A stretch of DNA of 64,000 nucleotides from Felis catus. Taxonomy: Eukaryota. Every line of letters starts with the position of its first letter. Positions within the stretch are counted from its first letter, which is position 1. Below are positions 11,251-22,757 of this stretch, piece by piece. Both the position numbers and the translations under genes were made by a program. Below the pieces are notes generated by a model. The model made no database searches and had not been told where the DNA came from. It worked only from the letters and a program-made list of their open reading frames with translations. The DNA lies in contig NC_058368.1 in NCBI RefSeq assembly GCF_018350175.1, forward strand, positions 81,036,001-81,100,000, written 5' to 3'.

Positions 11251-14200
11251 AAGAATTTCATGAGCAAATGCATGAATATCTTTTGGGATAGCCTTTTTCA
11301 GATGCTGTCTGGTAACTGAACTGCCTTCTCAATGCATCTTGAAGGGAGAGGCAGGGAGAAGGAAGGACGTTTCCTCCTTGATTAACACACCACTCATAAT
11401 AATGTGGTGGAAATTGTTTTGACCCAGGAAACTTAAGCTTGTTATGTATTCCTTTTTTCTTCCGGTTTGCTCTGACCAATCAAAATAGGAAAATCCCATA
11501 AACGGCAGGGCTGCCTTTTTTTAGCTATTCATTAAGTTGTGATATGTAAACAGTGCTGTCTCTGCTGTATTTCGTACAGACCAGTGGGTGAGGGTACCTT
11601 CGGGCTTATGGATCATTCCGCACATTCTACCTGGATGTTTTACCAGACACCAGCGTTCTGGATATCCTCTTTGTTTTGGACTTGTGATTAAAATTGTAAT
11701 TGAGTTTTTGGTTGGCTATTAGTAAATTGGTATTTTCTGTAACTTTGTCCAAGTGTATTGTTTCCCTGAGCGAATTTGGTAGTGGCTTCAGAGATGCATA
11801 TGAATTCTCAATTTGAATTTTTTATTATTGTTTGAAAGTGATTCTGCAATATGTGTGCCCTTTGTGTAATGTCAGACATAACTCTAGGGGTTTATATAGT
11901 AAAGCCTGCCATCTTTTATAAATGGCTATTTATGAGTGAGTTATTAGTCCTTTGAAATTGGAGTTTTCCAAACAGGAGGCCTTGTCCTATATCCACCCGA
12001 ATGCCAGAGTCATGCTACAGTTTTCCGTCAAATTCAACTTTTCCTTTATGAGTGATTTCATGGATTTGTGTACAGGGATTCCCGGGACTGTCGTGGTTGT
12101 CCTTGTGTGCCAAGTTCTGGTAAGATCTCACTTCCTCACTCTGTAATTCTTTTCTCGGGTAAGCTGGCCACAGTGAGCTTTTTATACCCGGGTCATGGTA
12201 GTTACTGTCGTAAAGCTGATTTGACGGTTAAGATTATTGAGTCCTGCAGTATTTTGACTCTGGTAGTGCTGTGATACTCTTCAGATTCACTGTAATTTCA
12301 TTTTCATGCATACATTTATATCTCATCTTTCTGAGTAGACCGTTAACTCCTTGAGGGCAAGGACCGTATTTTAAACGCCTACGAGTTCACTGTTCTCCAC
12401 TCCCCGTGTGTGGTATACTGCCCTGCCCAACGTGTCCTTTTGCTGATTATCAGTACCAGCAGACATGGTTGCCTAAATTGAGACCATCTCTGATTTTAGA
12501 GGACAGGGGGTGGGGATTGTAGCCCAGCCTTTTCCCACGGACACACCGACGCCCGTCACATGGACTTGTGTTTTGTTACCCAATGGAGTGGAGACGGTGC
12601 TTGTGTGCAGAGCGGTCCCTGCTGGGTGACCAGCGAAGGGATCGTGGGTGGACGGGCTTGTTGGTACCGCGTACTGAAGGTGAGAGCCAGACACTCAGCC
12701 ACGCGCAAGAGCTGATCACGCGGGGAACGAGGAAGGCCGGGTGGGCAGACCCGCGGTGTGCGGGCCCGTGCTCTGGCGGTAGTTTCCGGCCGCCCTTCCC
12801 TGCCCTCACTGTCATCTCCCTTCCGTGCTAGCTCAGCCGTTGGGTGGAACATTCTACTGCATCTGTCTCCCTGCCCTCACATCGCGGATGTGTGTGTAAC
12901 ATCAGAAACCTGACGCCTTGTTGCAGGAAGGTGCTGATTTGTGACGGGCAGAGTTTTGTGAAGATACTTGATTTCAGTTCCATCTTAAATAATATAATGC
13001 TCTCTGGGACAATAGGGCTTTTTAGAAAATACAGACACAGTTTATGGAGTGTTTTTTTTTTTTTTTTTTTTTTTTACTCATTACATTTTAAATAGAATCC
13101 TGTATTTTCCCCTGGCTTTATAACTTGTGCAAAATATATCAAAAATATACAGAAGTGAATGAACAAATGTGAAAGCCGCAGATGTGCAGGATTAATCTGT
13201 ATATTTTTATGCAAAGGACATTTTATGCCAGGACAGACAATAAACACATCCTTTTCCTCCTCTCCGGTCTATTATTTGAATCGCTTCAGTACCAGAAATT
13301 GTGCACATTAATAGGTTGGTGAATCTAGTGGTTTATTCATTTGTCTGTTTGAGCCATAGACAATTGCTGGGGGAGGCTTTCTGAGGGGATTGCTTTTGAC
13401 GATTTTGTAAATACTTTGTGTATGTAAGTTTTATTTATCTGTGGAAAAGTACACAGTTTTCCAAGAGCCACTTTTAGGGCAGAAATACTAGAAAACATTG
13501 ATGAGAGTGTCAAGTTGAGGTTCAAAAGACAGTTCCCAAAGGGAACGTTAGCCCAGATGTGCTGAGACGTGGGGAAGGGTAAGAAGGGATTCTTCCCCAG
13601 GATCTCACCTGATCTGATACTTCTGGAAAATTGCTATTGATACAGAGAATCGGGACGTTGGTCCTAAGCTATTCCTAGTGTCTCTTTGACTGTTCCCTTT
13701 ACCAAGTGCTTCTGGACGTCTTCCTCCCCAGTTCTGACAGCATGCTTCATCAGGCACCACGCGTGAACACATGCATGCACACGGGAACCAAAAAGAGAGA
13801 AGGGACGTTGGGGTCACATGTGCTGAGCGCAAGCCTGTGGTCAAGTTGAGGCGAGTGCCCCCCTGGCCGCGGCAGTGACCCCGTGGTTCTGGGGGCAGGG
13901 GCTGTACCTGCACGGCAGCGCGAGTCCACCCACTACGGTGAGAACGGATGGAGGTGGGGGCAGGCAGGCGCACCTGCTCTCCGAGTCCGTCCGCCCACAC
14001 TTGAAGAGGCCGTGCAGGCCTCCCCACGACTGAGGAGTAAAGACAGACCAGGAGGCTAGGTGTGGTCCAAACAAAGCCTGGGTAGTCGAGATATCCCAAT
14101 TATAGCTATTTTGTGTCGCGGGCAGCCGCGGCACCCCACGCGATGCCTTGCCAAGGACAAAGAATTTCCTTGTGTTTACACTTTTTATTACTATGTAGGA

Positions 14201-14289
14201 TTAGGTCTGTTGCACACACAGAAGAGGAAGTCGTTTTATTTTACACAAATCAGCTACTTAAAGGAAATTGAGATATATAGAATTTACCA

Positions 14290-15380
14290 ATGAAATGAGT
14301 GATTTGATGTGAATAAAAGAGGTGGTGTGGTGTAAATCAACACTGACAGCCAAATGGGGGAAATTGACAGAGCACTGTAATCACTCCCAACATCCACTGA
14401 AGTTATTGATCCAGAACCTCTATAATCCCCCTTCACATAACACAAGCAATTTCATATAATACCTGTAATAACGGTGCATTCAAACTCAAGTAGCCATCTG
14501 AAGCATTGTATCTAATGGCGGAGCAGGCCTTGCTGAGTAAGTGCTACAACTAGACACAAAAAGCGCCAATGACTCTTGCCTTTCACACGGAACAGCCTCT
14601 GATAAGAGCTAGTTCAGAAGATAAACAGTTCCTAATGCCAAAGAAAATGAGCTATTAATTGCTGGCTCGCTAAATATGTTGTAAAAGACGGAGCGGTGGG
14701 CGCAGCGTGGAGAGAACGTAACTGGATTTGGGGGTTGATAAACTTCTTAGGTTATCCACACGCCCGGTATCTGATGTTAATTACAACAGAGGGAAGGCAG
14801 CTGACAGGCATTTAGCTGCCGGGTCATTACATCCTTCCCAGGTGCTTTTCCCGTGAAATGTTCCTCCAGTTTTACAAGCTCCTTCTTGCACTGATGGATT
14901 ATTCCGCAGCCTTATCAAAGCTTTGCCAGCTCCTCATTAATATATAGAGCGAGCCGCACTGTTCTATATATCATTGTCTTCCTCTTGGGGAGGGCTAATC
15001 TGTCAGCCATTATCAGCCAGTCAGCAGAAGGTAGGCAATCAGAGCTGACAGCAAAGAATCACGGGAGATCAGGCGAGGTTAAATGAGGCTGACAGTTGTG
15101 ATAATGATGATTATACTATAAATTAAGATATGATGATAAAGGAGAATAAAAGACACAATCTGAAGCAATATTTGGTTTAACATGTCTCTCTTTTTCGTTA
15201 CTGTTAAATGGCCATAACATTTATCACACCGAACAAGAATGGACGTTTAACTACCATGATAAAATGGGACAGCATCAGATTGAAACCCAACAAGTTGTGA
15301 TTACAGTGTCAGGCACTTTTCCACGGGCTGAGAAAAAAAAATGGGAGAGAGAGCATATGTTATAATCATTCATGCATTAT
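14290..15380. promoter_or_regulatory. Putative conserved non-coding enhancer block with TALE/HOX motifs
   Basis: About 1 kb with no recognisable repeat and no ORF-track entry; TGACAG at 14344, 14365, 14802, 15046, 15090, CTGTCA at 15000, TGATGGAT at 14892, GTAAATCA at 14332. Conservation is inferred, not measured. Confidence 0.6.
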
Positions 15381-16335
15381 TCTGTCGAAAGAAAAGAAAA
15401 TAGATCTATTTTAGAAATGTCTTCAGCCTTCTCGATGGAAAACCAAAGGAAACAGTTAATATATTCTTCTGCTTCCCAGATCATTTTTATCAATGAAACA
15501 ATGGGGAGAGAAGTGATAGGGCTCCCGCCACACCTTTTCCCCCAGACGCATGTTTATTAGAAGCTGGTTCGGAGACGGCACCGGGGTTCTGGGGACGCCT
15601 GCTCCCTGTTGCGTTCTGAAATAAAGGCAGCTAAAAATCAGCCCAAGCCTTCCCGCCCACGACTTTTCATAGGAGGCATTTACAGGCTGCAGTAAAACAA
15701 AAGTGAGGCACGATTGATTTGCTTTCAAAAATTAAGAAATGGAACAGCTGACGTAGCCGCACGAGTCATTAAACTGCCATTTCTCTGGGTAGAGAGGCTG
15801 CGATGTTGGGAGCCTGCACGAAATCTCGGCGGCTCGAAGGGAAGGAAAATGAAAACCCGAGGTCCTTTCCCTCCACCTGCGTAAGTGTCGAATCGCGTGG
15901 CTTCCAGGCTTTACTTCTCCTCTGCACATGAGCACCGGCCACTGTCCCCCGGGTACCTGCGTGTCTCAACGCCTAACACGGCGCAGGTGCGCTACCTCTG
16001 TCTGCCTATGGCGGGCTGACAGATCACGTAAGTCCCACGGTGAAATATGCATCCACTTCCTTTCGGATCTGTTTCACTTTTCTAGTAAGATCAGGGACGG
16101 AGGAAAAAGAAGCCTTTTAATTCTCTTTCGCCTCCCTTGACAGTTTACTTTTCAGCTGGGAAAGAAAATTAGTTCTAGCTGAAAATATCCCACTCTGCCG
16201 TTCTGTGTTTACACTTCAGATGCTGAGAAACTGGGAGAATAAAAAGTTTAATGCTTTGGCTGTACCTGGTATTGATGGGTGCACACGGCTCTTGGGCTGA
16301 TTGGTTTTGTTCGATGAGTATTTGTCCATCCAAAC

Positions 16336-16516
16336 CAGGGTTTACTGTCGGCATTTGCAACAAAGCCTTCTTAGTTGGGGCAGGGGCATCCTGTGGGCCC
16401 TGGGATGTCGGCCTCACTACCTGCCTGTAGTGCCCCATTGCCAGAGTGACACCCCAGCTCGTCCCCAGACGCTGCCAAATGTCCCCTTGGGAGAACTATT
16501 GCTTTCAACCAATACT
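16336..16516 (-). mobile_element. MER20, diverged
   Basis: CAGGGTTT start and GTCCCCAGACGCTGCCAAATGTCCCCTTGGG match antisense MER20. Confidence 0.7.
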
Positions 16517-17217
16517 GTTAGCATATAGATAAACCAGCATGACTCTCTACTGCCCTGTGAAGGCTTCCCAGTGATTTCTGGGGTTTCTCATCCAGAGCAG
16601 GCAATTCGGTGGAAGTGAGTCAGGGGTGATTTTTAACATATAAACAACACGTTGGGGTGACTGTTTCCATCGTAAACCATTTCAGATTGCAGACTGAAGT
16701 TTGGCCAGTGAACCTCACAACGGCGTTTAAAAACAGGTTTAGAAACCTGTTCGTCCGTTCCGAAAATACTTAGCTGAGTACCCGGCTCTGGCCTTGATGT
16801 TTACCCTCAGGAGCGACCAAGGAAGCAATGCCGAAGACGCCAGGAGGGCCCAAGGACATGTTAAGGCGTTTGAGACAAAGCGCACTTGTAGATACACAGA
16901 CTGTAACACGTGAGCCGTGTCTTCACAGCGCATGGATGTTACATTCTCTTCACGTACTTACACATCTTGCACATAAACAGGTGTGAAAGATCGTTGCGCT
17001 GTTTTGCGTGGAGACCCGTGACTGCTTTGGAATAGAAGCCGCGGCGTCTCCACGAAGGTGGGGGTTGTGCATGGCCATGTGTCGTCCCTGCAGTCGGGCC
17101 AGCGTGAGGCTTTCATGGAACACGGGAGCAGCCTCACCTCCTGCCCCCCTGGCTTCCGTGAGTTCACCTCAGAAGGTTGAGGCTCAGTCCAGTGGCCCTC
17201 CAGAGTTACACTCTGTT

Positions 17218-19671
17218 CTTTTCTTCTTCTTTCTCTCTCTCCTTTTCTTAGTTTAGTGCATCTTGCACTTTATTTTTTAACTCCAGTTAGCTAACATAGA
17301 GTCTTATGTGAGTTTCAGGGCTACAATGTAGTGATTCAGCACTTCCATACATCACCCTGTGCTCATCACAAGTGTCCTCCTTACTCCCCATCATCTATTT
17401 CACCCACCCCATCTCCCAGCTGCCCTCTGGTAACCATCAGTGTGTCCTCTATAGTTAAGAGTCTCTCTCTCGCTTTATTTCCCCTTTGTTCATTTGTTTT
17501 GTTTCTTTTAAAAAAAAAAGTTTATGTATTTGAGAAAAAGAGAGAGAGAATTCCAAGCAGGCTCCATGCTGTCAGCACAGAACCTGACACAGGGCTCGAT
17601 CTCGCAGACCGTGAGATCATGACCTGAGCCAAGGTGAAGAGTCAGACACTTAACTGACTGAGCCCCCCAGGCGCCCCCATTTGTTTTGTGTCTTAAATTC
17701 CACATATGAGTGAGATCATACAGTATTTGTATTTCTCTGATTGACTTACTTCACTTAGCATAATACTCTCTAAGTCCATTCACACCATTGTAGATGGCAA
17801 GATTTCTTTCTTTCTTATGGGTAATATTCCGTTGTGTGTGTGTGTGCGTGTGTGTACACACTCACACCACCTCTTCTGTATGCTCCATCCATGGATGGAC
17901 CCTTGGGTTATTTCCATGATTTGGCTATTGTAGATAATGCTGCAATAAACAAACTAGCCCTTTGAGCTAGTATTTTTGTATTCTCTGGGTAAATACCCAG
18001 TACTGTGACTATTGGATCATATAGTAGTTCTATTTTTAATTTTTTGAGGAACCTCCATACTATTTTCCAGAGCGGCTGTACCAGCTTGCATTCCCACCCA
18101 CAGTGCACGGGGGTTCCCCTTTCTCCACATCCTCGCCAACACTTGTTTCTTGTGTTGTTGATTTTAGCCATCTGACGGGAGTGAGGGGGTGTCTCATTGC
18201 GGTTTTGATTTGCGTTTCCCTGATGACGAGTGATGTGGAGCATCTTTTCACGTGTCTGCTCGTCATCTGGATGTCTTCTTTGGAGAAATGTCTGTTCATG
18301 TCTTCTGCCCATTTTTAAACTGGATTGTTTGTGTTTTCGGTGTTGAGTTGTATCAGTTCTTTATATATTTTGGACACTAACCCTTTATCTGATGTGTCCT
18401 GTGCAAATATCTCCTTCCACTCCGCAGGTTGCCTCTTAGTTTTGTTGATTGTTTCCTTTGCTTTGCAGAAGCTCTTTATTTTGATGAAGTTCCAATAGTT
18501 TATTTTTGTTTTTGTTTCCCTTGCCTCAGGAGACATATCTAGAGAGATGTTGCCATGACCACTGTTGGAGAATTTACCACCTGTGCTCTATTCTCGAATT
18601 TTTATCGTTTCAGGTCTCACACTTAGGTCTTTAATCCATTTTGAGTTTATTTTTGTGTAAGGTGCATTCTTTTGCATGTTGCTGTCCAGCTTTCCCAACA
18701 CCATTTGTTGAAGAGACTTTTTCCATTGGATATTCTTTCCTGTTTTGTCAAAGATTAATTGGCCATATAATCGTGGGTTCGTTTCCACGTTTTCTATACT
18801 GTTCCATTGATGTATGGGTCTATTTTTCTGCTAGTACCATACTGTTTTGCTAGTACCACACCCTTTGTAGTGTAACTTGAGGCCTGGAATTGCGATGCCT
18901 CCAGCTTTGCTTTTCTTTTTCAAGGTTGCTTTGGCTATTCAGGGCCTTTTGTGGTTCCACACAAATTCTAGGATTGCCTTAGTTCTGTGAAAAACTGGTG
19001 GTATTTTGACAGGAATTGCATTGAACTGTGGTATTTTGATAGGAATTGCATCGGATGTGTAGATTGCTTTGGGTAGTGTAGGCATTTTAACAATGGTTGT
19101 TCTTCCAGTGCATGAGCATGGAATGTCTTTCCATTTCTTTGTGTCGTCCTCAGTTTCGTTCATCAGTGTTTATGGTTTTCAGAGTACGGGTCTTTCACCT
19201 CTTTGGTTAAGTCTGTTCCTAAGTATCTGATTATTTTGGGCACGGTTATGAATGAGGTTGTTTTCCCCTTCCTGCTGTTTCATTATTACTTTAAAGGAAC
19301 ACGACAGATTTCTGTACGTTGATTTCATATCCTGTGACCTTACTGAATTCGTTTATCGGTTCTAAGAGTTTTTTGGTGGAGTCTTTTGTGTTTTCTCTAT
19401 AGAGTATCATGTCATCTGCAAATAGAGTTTTACTTCTTCCTTACCAATCTGGATGCCTTTTATTTCTTTTTCTTGTCTGATTGCTGAGGCTGGGACTTCC
19501 CATATTATGTTGAATAAAAGTGATGAGAGTGGACATCCTTGTCTTATTCCTGACCTTAGGGAAAAGCTCTCAATTTTTCCCCATTGAGTGTGATGTTTGC
19601 TGTGCGTTTTCCATATAAGGTCTTTCCTATGCTGAGGTATGTTCCCTCCAGACCTACTTTGTTGAAGATAT
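17218..19671 (-). mobile_element. 5'-truncated carnivore LINE-1 (L1_Carn-like): ORF2 3' half plus 3' UTR
   Basis: Frameshifted ORF2p fragments [59 protein letters not shown]; 12-bp TSD TTACACTCTGTT at 17206-17217 and 19672-19683. Confidence 0.95.
17508..17677 (-). mobile_element. Older CAN-SINE nested in the L1 3' UTR
   Basis: Ends TTAACTGACTGAGCCCCCCAGGCGCCCC on + strand; TSD CATTTGTTTTGT(T/G)TCTT at 17491-17507 and 17678-17694. Confidence 0.93.
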
Positions 19672-20219
19672 TTACACTCTGTTTTGATGGCATCTTTCTT
19701 CCCAGAGGCAGGACGCATCTAGTGAGTGTGGGGAGAGACTCTGGCACATGGGCTCTGCTCTGTCGTGCGGCGCTTTCAGTGGGTGTTGAGCACAGCCCAG
19801 CCGTCAGTCTGGGCGCGGCCCTCCCGGCCGGTCCTGCACGATGGAGTCCAGAACAGCCGCCTTACTTCTGACGAATAGAGTTGCAGACAGACCTCCCAGT
19901 GCCTTCTTACTGCCCAGAGGCAAGTGGCGCACCGTCTGGCCTGCGATACTCCAGACTCAGTGAGCCCTCTAAAGACACTCAGAGCTCTGCCCTGGGGGTG
20001 CAGCTTGCCGTCTGGAGAGTGGTTCTAATTTTGGCATAGGAGCCGCAGGCAAGAAAATATCTTGTTCCTTAGTCCGTTTTATTAACTTTGTTTTGTTGGC
20101 TTGAGCCTAGCGCTGTATTACCCCTGAATAATCACAGCCGCGCAGGTAGTTCCAGGAGCGCGAATGAGAGGCTTTCTTCAAGGGCCGTGCTCCTGCAGAA
20201 ATGATTTGTACCCTCAGGC

Positions 20220-20720
20220 TGATTGTCACCGACAGAAAATGAGAACCAGGAACATTCAATGCAAAGTAATGTGTTCTGTACAATTACTGGATTAATAATT
20301 TTATTCCATTACTGTGTGGGGAGAGAGGACATCAGCCTGAAGATCTTCAGCTCTAGTATATTTCTAAGCGTCCTGTTAAGAGAGTGAGCAGGGGTCAGGA
20401 AACTTAATTATGCTATAACTAGATAGAAATTGCCAAGTGATAAAAAGAAACATCCAGACAGATTCAGCAGGAAATTACAGCTTTAATAATATAGCATAAT
20501 GCCTACTTCTATACAATTATTGGAGAGACCCTGAATGGTTCAGAATAACAGGCTTGAGTTTCCAGTAAGGACAAAAAAAATCCCACTGAAAATGACATTT
20601 TGCATCTTGCTGTAAATATTTTTTTTTTCAAAAAAGAAATAAATAGATAGTATTATTATTCAGTGATCAAAAATCTTATGCTCATTCCATCCCGGATGCT
20701 GTGACCACACTGACATTTTG
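20220..20720. promoter_or_regulatory. Putative conserved non-coding element
   Basis: AT-rich, repeat-free block with many TAAT/ATTA cores and TGTCA/TGACA motifs; inference only. Confidence 0.35.
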
Positions 20721-20829
20721 AAATGATGAGAGGGTTGGATTATGAGGGGAGAAATTTACATTTGCAAATTAAGTTTCTGGTATTATACTTGGAATTAACA
20801 ACTCGGTCTACTGCAGTCAGCCTTTGAGA

Positions 20830-21120
20830 AAGAAGACCCCCGCGCGTGGAGGCGGGGGGCACGGGTGCGGTCACTGTTCCCTTGAGTTCCAGCTGAGGCC
20901 GTGTGGAGGAGAGGCCCCGTGAGCCGTGCTCTGGAGGAGGGTGGGGGCGAGCTGGGGTGGGAGCGGCGGGGACCCTGGGCCGGGTCTCCTCCACGTGTTC
21001 GGAAACGGGGGCGGGAGAACTTTCCGAGCGGGGGGCCGAGCGGGCCTGACAGGAAGCAGTGAGCTGTTGCGAACGTGACCTGGAGTTTTAACTCAGGGCT
21101 GCGCCCGGCGTGTGGCACAG
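20830..21120. promoter_or_regulatory. Small CpG-rich island
   Basis: Dense CpG, GC box GGGGCGGG near 21007, CACGTG near 20992, CAGGAAG ETS-like core near 21050. Confidence 0.5.
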
Positions 21121-22536
21121 GACCCTCCTCTGATGTTTGTGTCGGGCCCTTTTTTCTCCCTCGTGCGGGAGGGAAAAGTCATTTCTCGTGCTCGCCCAAG
21201 AGAGCTCAGTGTTTCATTTTGTATTCTGAGGACGCAGATTAATCAGCCAGCTCCCTACCCAGAGATGGCCATTCTGCCCAGAAATCTGCATATCTGCATA
21301 TTACGGTTCTTCCCCGAATTTAATTTCCTACAGGAGCTGATATTAATCACCCTGTTTAAACAGAGGGGATTTGGGGTCTATACAAATATGACATTTTTTT
21401 CCTGTAGAACTAGTAGAATATTTTTCCTCCTTTCTTTCTTTCTTTTTTCAATTTAAAGGGACAATAGCCTTACTGGCTTGGTCCTAAATAGCTTCTGTTG
21501 TTGCATTTTATTTTGACTTGACTGTTGACAACTGGGTTGGTAACAGTGAACCCAGATTCTACTTCTTAGACTTGAGAAATGCATTCAGTAGATTTGGAAA
21601 TAGCATGGCCCCTGCGTTTTGACAACGGTGACAGGGATTGTCTGTTCTGACGTCCCTCTACGTCGCACGCAAAAGCTAGGAAGCATTCACAGGATGGAAC
21701 CGCGGAATCTTCTAAGCAGCCCTCACTGCTTTACTCCAGCTTATTCTGTGCGGAGAAGTTAAATTCATCAGCTGTCGGTAACTCTGCCAGGATTATTTGG
21801 CGTATTTTGTTCTGGCTGCCGCCGCACAATGGTGTCCCGGGCAGAAACAGGAGGCTGACGAACGGCGAGCTCAGGGCAATGTGCCGGGGTGGCTGGCACG
21901 CCCGTGCCAGCTGGAAGAAGGCAGCAAGCATCAGTTACTGACGAGATACACCGCTGTTATTAAAACAGAAGCTGCCATCCAGGTTTTTGTTTAGACTCAT
22001 ACCCCAGCCTCTCTCGGCCACAGAGGCTAATTTGGATTGGCGCTTTTTCCAGGGGGTCTTGTGCAATGGCCTCAGGGAAGGTATGAGCCAGGACGAGTAG
22101 GGAAATGTTTAGAAGGCCGAGCTCCCAGGCTCTGGAGATCCTGGCTGCCACCCCCGTCCTGAACACTGGGATTTCCTGGAGCAGAAATCCTCGGGAGAGA
22201 AATAGAGGCAGTGGGTTCTGTGGATTGGCCCCACCGACATCGGACCGCTGCCGCTTTCTTGACTCTGAGCATTTTTGTTTCTGCGATTAGCAATGTGCGG
22301 TGGGGCAGGGCACCTCTTGAGTTGAGAGGAAATTCCCGGGGAGTTGACATCCTCCCTTCTGTCCAGCAAGGTCACACAGTGCGCTCAAAAAGAGAGCAGA
22401 ATTTTGTGGCCCTAACCTAATACCACCGTTGGTGATATCACTCGATAACTAAAGCCTGAACAAAGACAAATGCTACTTTTTCTTGCTCACTCAAAAAGAT
22501 TAATGACTTTCTCACACTCGGTGTTTTCTCTTTTAA

Positions 22537-22757
22537 AAAAAAAAATTTTTTTTTAATGTTTGTTTATTTCTGAGACAGAGAGAGACAGAGCGCAAGCCGG
22601 GGAGGGGCAGAGAGAGAGGGAGACCTCAAATCCACAGCAGGCTCCAGACTCTGAGCTGTCGGCACAGAGCCCAACGCGGGGCTCGAACTCACAAACTGTG
22701 AGATTATGACCTGAGCCGAAGTCGGATGCTCAACCGACTGAGCCCCCCAGGCGCCCC
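22537..22757 (-). mobile_element. Felid CAN-SINE (SINEC_Fc)
   Basis: Full-length body; 18-bp TSD CGGTGTTTTCTCTTTTAA at 22519-22536 and 22758-22775. Confidence 0.96.

Noticed and set aside
17908..19747. Reverse-transcriptase-like ORFs as a functional gene
   Set aside because: Fragments of a 5'-truncated L1 ORF2 with many frameshifts and stops.
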